Shown: positions 33,380 through 37,488 of the stretch, piece after piece
How the letters are laid out: each line of letters opens with the position of its first letter
Position numbering within the stretch: position 1 is the first letter of the stretch
Assembly: GCA_043807745.1 (NCBI GenBank)
Contig: JAZDFP010000016.1
Location: 1-37,488, forward strand
DNA: 37,488 nt
Reading direction: 5' to 3'
DNA from: Planctomycetota bacterium
GTDB lineage: Bacteria; Planctomycetota; MHYJ01; JACQXL01
The notes under the pieces: model-generated
What the model saw: only the letters and a program-made list of their open reading frames with translations
Told to the model about the DNA's origin: nothing
Databases searched by the model: none
Position numbers and translations under genes: made by a program

Positions 33380-33694
33380 CTATTCTTTATTTAATGCAAT
33401 CAATAACTCTACATCACCCAATAGATTATGTATTGTTTCATTAGTATATCGTAAGATTTTCCATCCCAATATCGTAGCACGATTATACTTTTCGCAATCC
33501 TTAATAAAACCTGAACCCCTTGTATGCCTTCCCCGAACCCAGACCGCACCTTCTAATTCCACCGCTATCCCTTTTTGAACTATGGCATAATCAAATCTCC
33601 AACGTCTTGGCGGGTTAAATCTATATTCTTTAACGAATTTTATACCTATTTGATTTAAGATTAATTCTGCTTGTTGCGTTAATTTAAGTTGCAT
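33380..33694 (-). CDS. Vsr/DUF559-like PD-(D/E)xK endonuclease fold protein
   Basis: The pattern RFDYAIVQKGIAVELEGAVWVRGRHTRGSGFIKDCEKYNRATILGWKILRYT matches the small phage endonuclease pattern fD.a....iavE.eG..w..GrH.r..g...D.eK.N.a...GW.vlr.t. Confidence 0.55.
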   Translation of the reverse strand: MQLKLTQQAELILNQIGIKFVKEYRFNPPRRWRFDYAIVQKGIAVELEGAVWVRGRHTRGSGFIKDCEKYNRATILGWKILRYTNETIHNLLGDVELLIALNKE

Positions 33695-33740
33695 TATTTC
33701 TTCTCCTCTGCATCAAAGACTTTGTCTATAAAATTATCTT

Positions 33741-34025
33741 TCATATTTTATTCCTCCTCATCCAAGCATTTAATTTCTTGCATAATGTCAATGCGCTAAA
33801 ACTTATTTCTTCTACTATCAATTTATCATTTTGGTATATCTCATATTTTTCATAACCTCCGCGTTTATTTTTACAACTATAGAAAATTACTTTAATTTCA
33901 GGTGTCAATATACTTTCACTTTTTCTTATTTTTATCTCTCCTTCTTTCGGCTCTTGTTTAATACCAGTGTCTATTGATGCTATTACTCTATCTGCTTCTG
34001 CCTTTATCATATTGATTACTTTCAT
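33741..34025 (-). CDS. Hypothetical protein (94 aa)
   Basis: ORF in the operon. No family recognised. Confidence 0.5.
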   Translation of the reverse strand: MKVINMIKAEADRVIASIDTGIKQEPKEGEIKIRKSESILTPEIKVIFYSCKNKRGGYEKYEIYQNDKLIVEEISFSALTLCKKLNAWMRRNKI

Positions 34026-34026
34026 A

Positions 34027-34482
34027 TCATCTCCTTATAAAAATATCAGTAATCTTTTCCTCCAAACTTTTCTCTACTTTCGGCTTTAGGGGTTTAGAGC
34101 AGATAGGACATTTACCGCAAGATTTACAAGGATGACTTACACTTAATACACACTCACACCATTCGGGGGGAGGGAGTCTTGTTCTACTACTACATTGGAC
34201 TACATTATCATTTCCTATACCCGTTCCAAACACTATATCTTTTGCTTGACATTCAGCAAAACATTGATTACAGTCTTCACATAGATTTACTGATTCTAAA
34301 CAGTAATCACAAAATATCTGGGTATCTTCTTTTGGAATAAAACGGTTATCACATTTGTCGCATATTTTAGATTCATGCGAACATCTTCCACACCATTCTG
34401 CTATAACAGTTTCATCTCCACTAAAATAATTTTCGCAACAAGGACATTTTTTACTTTTAGATTTATTGATATATTCACTCAT
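34027..34482 (-). CDS. Extremely Cys-rich protein (20 Cys in 151 aa)
   Basis: It carries a series of CxxC/CxC pairs (CPCC, CGRC, CDKC, CDYC, CEDCNQC, CEC, CKSCGKCPIC). An SD (AAAGGAGAGAATAAAG ATG) precedes it. Confidence 0.6.
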   Translation of the reverse strand: MSEYINKSKSKKCPCCENYFSGDETVIAEWCGRCSHESKICDKCDNRFIPKEDTQIFCDYCLESVNLCEDCNQCFAECQAKDIVFGTGIGNDNVVQCSSRTRLPPPEWCECVLSVSHPCKSCGKCPICSKPLKPKVEKSLEEKITDIFIRR

Positions 34483-34520
34483 CTTTATTCTCTCCTTTAT
34501 TACAGTGTTGTTGCAAAAAA

Positions 34521-34769
34521 TTAAGATATAAAGCCCAATGTAATATTAGGGTCATTTTTAGGTTCTATTTTCTTAGTTAATTCTGCAATAATATCATTTC
34601 TTGACTTCATACATTTTGGGCAATCAACTGCTGGTAAAACCTTATTATAATAATTGTCGTCGTCATAACACCCATCAATTCTTGATGTTGCTTTACAATC
34701 TTCACACTCTACAATGTAGTGTTGCAACTTCCTCACAAAGCCAGAATAGGGCGGTTTCAATCTGTTCAT
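34521..34769 (-). CDS. Small Zn-ribbon-like protein (82 aa)
   Basis: It contains CEDC...C...CPKC. The SD is weak. Confidence 0.45.
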   Translation of the reverse strand: MNRLKPPYSGFVRKLQHYIVECEDCKATSRIDGCYDDDNYYNKVLPAVDCPKCMKSRNDIIAELTKKIEPKNDPNITLGFIS

Positions 34770-34813
34770 TTGTTAAGTCTTTTCTCATTCAATTATCTCC
34801 CTTCTATAAAATA

Positions 34814-34909
34814 GCTCGGTGTGAAGTTTTATCGGTGCTATGTGCTTCACTCAGCCCCCTACTTGTGAATATAAACTACAAGCATCACCGTGCAGGGCAC
34901 AAACCGAGC
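34814..34909 (-). other. 96-nt intergenic four-helix structured element
   Basis: P1 is GCTCGGT (34814..34820) paired with ACCGAGC (34903..34909), 7 bp. It encloses P2 GTGAAG/CTTCAC (34821..34826 / 34845..34850), P3 CTTGT/ACAAG (34862..34866 / 34878..34882) and P4 GTGC/GCAC (34890..34893 / 34897..34900). Confidence 0.35.
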
Positions 34910-34929
34910 ATAATTATTTAGTTTGCTTC

Positions 34930-35310
34930 TTATACTCCTCTTTTATTAAGCCAGATTGCCATTTCGGCAAGTGCTTCTACGAGTTCTTTATTCTCTATCT
35001 TTTTTAACCATACACCATTTTCAATGGCATTGTAATATTCAATGAAATATCCTTGTTGTCTTTTTCCAAAATTAAGATAACAAGGTAAAATATTTGCCTT
35101 TTTTATAGAGAATGGCAACACTTCCAGCAATTCAGGAATGTCGGGGGCGGTATATTTCATTAATGTAGTTTCTTGACAAGATACGCCATTATTTAACATT
35201 CCTGCAAGGCTGTAAAATTTTTCTGTCTTAACCTCAAACCCCGCTTCTTTCAGCTTCTTCGCTGTCTCTAAACATACGTATTTCTGCATATTGTTTCTTC
35301 TCACTTTCAT
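34930..35310 (-). CDS. Hypothetical protein (126 aa; start may instead be 35289)
   Basis: ORF after the radical-SAM-like gene. There are two in-frame ATGs, and neither has a strong SD. Confidence 0.5.
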   Translation of the reverse strand: MKVRRNNMQKYVCLETAKKLKEAGFEVKTEKFYSLAGMLNNGVSCQETTLMKYTAPDIPELLEVLPFSIKKANILPCYLNFGKRQQGYFIEYYNAIENGVWLKKIENKELVEALAEMAIWLNKRGV

Positions 35311-35328
35311 TAAAGGTTTTATTTATTG

Positions 35329-36048
35329 CTATGGTTGGTCGCGTTCCAATATTCTCCTGAGATTGCTCTTTTTCTTGATAGTCAACCCCGCCCCTTGTAA
35401 CCCCTCAATCAATGCCCGGACTTTTTCCGGTGATGGTTCGGGTAGATTGCAGTTCTTACTATCAGCTCCAATATTTATGAATGCCGGTTTGATTTCCTTC
35501 ATCCAATCCAATAATCCGTTATTAAATTCATCAGTTATATCAAAATCGGTGATTGGCTCAATCGTAACGAATACCTGAATACCTTTATCAACGAATAGTT
35601 TTAGAGCTTGACCCCGACTCCAAGTATATGGAGCTTCGCTAAATTTATAAGTATCTTTTCGGTTAGTTTCGATTGTAGTTCCTATCATAAAGTTAGAAGG
35701 GAAATACTCAAAATATTCCAATGCCCTTATGGGATTTTTAGTCTGGAAAATATATTTATTATCAGGATATTTTTTACAGTGTTCACATATAGTTTTAATC
35801 CATTCATACTTAATTTTATAGGCAAACAAATCATTCATGTGTTCAATAAAAATGGTCTTGCCTGAGCCGTAATTGACCAATAACTCTTTCTCGATTAGAC
35901 GGGGTTCTCCTTTGTATCTATCCGGCACTCCAAATCTATTCTTTTGAACATAACAATAACTGCATTTATGGGGACACTCGCCACCTAAGTGGCTATGCAT
36001 GTGAGTTACGAAATCATACATATTTCCGCGTGATTTATTGAGTGGCAT
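35329..36048 (-). CDS. Radical-SAM-type protein (CX3CX2C), resembling the phage Gp37/Gp68 (DUF5131)-like and SplB-like small radical-SAM families
   Basis: I prefer the start at 36048 (MPLNKSRG), 1 nt after the upstream TAA. The Cys motif is GGECPHKCSYCYV. Further blocks TIFIEHMNDLFA, YIFQTKNP, MIGTTIETN, VTIEPITDF and INIGADSK parallel the conserved blocks of DUF5131, as I recall them. Confidence 0.55.
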   Translation of the reverse strand: MPLNKSRGNMYDFVTHMHSHLGGECPHKCSYCYVQKNRFGVPDRYKGEPRLIEKELLVNYGSGKTIFIEHMNDLFAYKIKYEWIKTICEHCKKYPDNKYIFQTKNPIRALEYFEYFPSNFMIGTTIETNRKDTYKFSEAPYTWSRGQALKLFVDKGIQVFVTIEPITDFDITDEFNNGLLDWMKEIKPAFINIGADSKNCNLPEPSPEKVRALIEGLQGAGLTIKKKSNLRRILERDQP

Positions 36049-36049
36049 G

Positions 36050-36499
36050 TTATTTCCCTTTCTCATTCACGCCAAGGGCTTGTTTAAATTCTTCTGTAAA
36101 TAAATTCCAAGTTCTTCTACCTATCTCTCCGGTTAATCTATCAAGTGGAATACCCATTTTTTCTTGTAATAATTTATGAACTTCCGCTAATTGTTCTTTT
36201 GTCATTGGGATAAAAATGTCTTCTGGATATGGATTTTTAGGCAACATATCCACAACCGCCTTGAGTATTTCTGATGTGGCTTTGTCAGGTGGGTTACACC
36301 TATCGCAATCACCGTCAAGATTACAATCTGTAACAGGACAGTTTCCTTTTATTATATTCCATATCTCCTCCCTCAACCTATTTGGCTGGAGTGGGGTGGG
36401 TTGCCAACACATAAGTTCCCCGGATATATTTCTCATGTGGTTATGACATGGCGTTTTTCGTTCTATATAACTGCAATTATTACAACTCTTATCTTCCAT
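36050..36499 (-). CDS. Cys-rich hypothetical protein (149 aa)
   Basis: The N-terminal half contains CNNC...C...C...C..DC..DGDCDRC. The C-terminal half is helical. Confidence 0.55.
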   Translation of the reverse strand: MEDKSCNNCSYIERKTPCHNHMRNISGELMCWQPTPLQPNRLREEIWNIIKGNCPVTDCNLDGDCDRCNPPDKATSEILKAVVDMLPKNPYPEDIFIPMTKEQLAEVHKLLQEKMGIPLDRLTGEIGRRTWNLFTEEFKQALGVNEKGK

Positions 36500-36548
36500 A
36501 ACGCTCCTTTCATTTGGGGTTAGTTAACAGGTTGTTTGTTTTGTTCGT

Positions 36549-36755
36549 TCATTTTGTCTCCTGTTCTGTATAAACTGGAAAGTGAAGTTTATTAAATATT
36601 ACAACAATATCACTTAGTTTTTTACCTGATGTTCCCACAAATTGTTCTCCATCTTTCCACCATGCAAATGCTTTTATTCCATTAATCCATCCTTGAGCAT
36701 AATCAAAAGATTTATTTTTAAGTTGCTCAATTACCCAATCTTCTAATGTTGGCAT
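36549..36755 (-). CDS. Hypothetical protein (68 aa)
   Basis: ORF with a strong SD (AGGAGGGGAAATGAG ATG). No family recognised. Confidence 0.55.
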   Translation of the reverse strand: MPTLEDWVIEQLKNKSFDYAQGWINGIKAFAWWKDGEQFVGTSGKKLSDIVVIFNKLHFPVYTEQETK

Positions 36756-36840
36756 CTCATTTCCCCTCCTGTTCTTTTTGAAATTGATTAATGCAATTTA
36801 TACATAATACTTGTATTTCGATATTTTTTATCTGGGCGTT

Positions 36841-37488
36841 TCATATATTTTTTCCGCAAAATACATCACATTCTGGACATATCACCTTAGGTTTTCTGCC
36901 CGATTCTTGTGGAAAGTCAATCAAATTAAATTCTTTAAATACTCTACCTCCGACAACCCTTTCGAGTTCACACCTATTCTTAAATACATCAGGAAAATCA
37001 ACCCTTATTTTATTCCAATACCCCATTCCGCCCTTAAGACATCCGATACAGTTATTATTGGGGTATCCCATTTCATACATTGCTGGACGGTTTATTCCGG
37101 CTTCCTTGAGGATATGGTGTGCTTCTTTTTTGCTAATTTTATTTTCTATTAAAGGGAATACGGAGTTCGGCATAGATTCAATCAACCTGTCCGCCCTTTT
37201 CTTTTCAGTGCTATCAAATCCCCAGACGTAAGTGTAATTATTCCCGTTTTTATCTTCCCATTCCTTCCGAACTCTCTTTTTTAATAATCTTGTGCATCCT
37301 GCCCCGTAAGGTGAGTTTATAAACCCAATTTGTCGGCAAGCTGTGTCGACATTTTTAACTGAACTTTGCAGGATTTCTATTTTAATGCCAAACCATTTTT
37401 CGCAATCTAATAGAAACCTCATTGTGTCTGGATGCTGGTCGTCTATATGGATATAGATAATTTTTATACTGCCATATTTATTAATAGC
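36841..37488 (-). CDS. PAPS reductase / PP-loop family protein; the 5' end is beyond the window
   Basis: The reading frame stays open upstream of the ORF-track ATG to the window edge (AINKYGSIKIIYIHIDDQHPDTMRFLLDCEKWFG, my translation). The pattern IYIHIDDQHPDT..F, then CTRLLKK, then VWGFDSTEKKRADR, then FPLI..KISK, then MYEMGYPNNNCIGCLKG fits the PAPS_reduct family. Extra C-terminal cysteines are present (CPECDVFC). Confidence 0.7.
   Translation of the reverse strand, partial: AINKYGSIKIIYIHIDDQHPDTMRFLLDCEKWFGIKIEILQSSVKNVDTACRQIGFINSPYGAGCTRLLKKRVRKEWEDKNGNNYTYVWGFDSTEKKRADRLIESMPNSVFPLIENKISKKEAHHILKEAGINRPAMYEMGYPNNNCIGCLKGGMGYWNKIRVDFPDVFKNRCELERVVGGRVFKEFNLIDFPQESGRKPKVICPECDVFCGKNI

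Noticed and set aside
34761-34788. A strong SD (AAGGGAGATAATTGA ATG at 34788) just upstream of gene 34521..34769, suggesting a mis-called start or an indel
   Set aside because: That ATG is out of frame with the 82-aa ORF and terminates after 27 codons. I cannot distinguish a short upstream ORF from a sequencing indel without reads.
34814-34909. A tRNA gene, because of the cloverleaf-like four-helix fold with a 7-bp closing stem
   Set aside because: On the minus strand the putative D-loop would be 3 nt, the anticodon loop 11 nt and the T-loop 18 nt, and there is no GTTCRANNC-type T-loop consensus. The plus strand fits no better. I kept it only as an unclassified structured element.
1-37488. 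CRISPR arrays, rRNA or tRNA genes, integrase or att sites, transposases, lysis cassette, and DNA polymerase, primase or helicase genes
   Set aside because: I scanned both strands and the intergenic gaps. There are no regularly spaced repeats, no recognisable catalytic motifs of these families and no unexplained long non-coding stretch. These functions may lie outside the window.

Overview
The window is a contiguous ~37.5 kb piece of a tailed dsDNA phage or prophage. It is siphovirus-type: it has a tape measure gene and a G/GT chaperone pair but no sheath gene. Every credible gene is on the minus strand, and many neighbours overlap by ATGA, so the genes read right to left as long operons.

Gene order from right to left:
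- A PAPS-reductase-like gene (5' end off the window) and a radical-SAM-like gene.
- A run of small ORFs, many of them cysteine-rich and of unknown function, plus a Vsr/DUF559-like nuclease.
- Terminase small and large subunits.
- A ~9.7 kb, 18-gene accessory island.
- A portal-MuF fusion, an XkdF-like protease, a scaffold protein and the major capsid protein.
- A 4-gene glycosyltransferase/methyltransferase cassette and a Pro/Ala/Lys-rich protein.
- Head-tail connector genes, the tail tube gene, the G/GT chaperones, the tape measure protein and Dit.
- A tail-tip/receptor-binding ORF of more than 1327 codons that runs off the left edge. The supplied ORF track misses it because it has no stop codon in the window.

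The most interesting signal is an apparently two-part, phage-encoded glycan system. Locus 1 sits between TerL and portal. It holds WecE-like aminotransferase, WecD-like N-acetyltransferase, SDR, SAM methyltransferase, NodB/DUF2334-like, GT4 and GT-A genes, plus a proteasome-type Ntn hydrolase. Locus 2 sits inside the head operon with the order GT-A, GT9 heptosyltransferase-like, SAM methyltransferase, GT-A. The two loci are linked by paralogous GT-A genes. My working hypothesis is virion glycosylation with a 4-acetamido-4,6-dideoxyhexose-containing glycan built from a host dTDP-sugar intermediate. That is inference from motifs and gene position only.

Other notable signals:
- An exact 55-bp direct repeat, carrying an intrinsic terminator, brackets the portal gene.
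- A near-consensus promoter runs into one repeat copy, which could give a ~90 nt RNA.
- A textbook -1 frameshift signal (AAAAAAC plus hairpin) lies in the tail chaperone gene.
- A 96-nt four-helix structured element occupies one intergenic gap.
- At least eight ORFs are cysteine-rich, zinc-ribbon-like.

I saw no tRNA, rRNA, CRISPR array, integrase, transposase, lysis gene or recognisable replication gene. All family assignments come from motif recognition by eye, not from searches.
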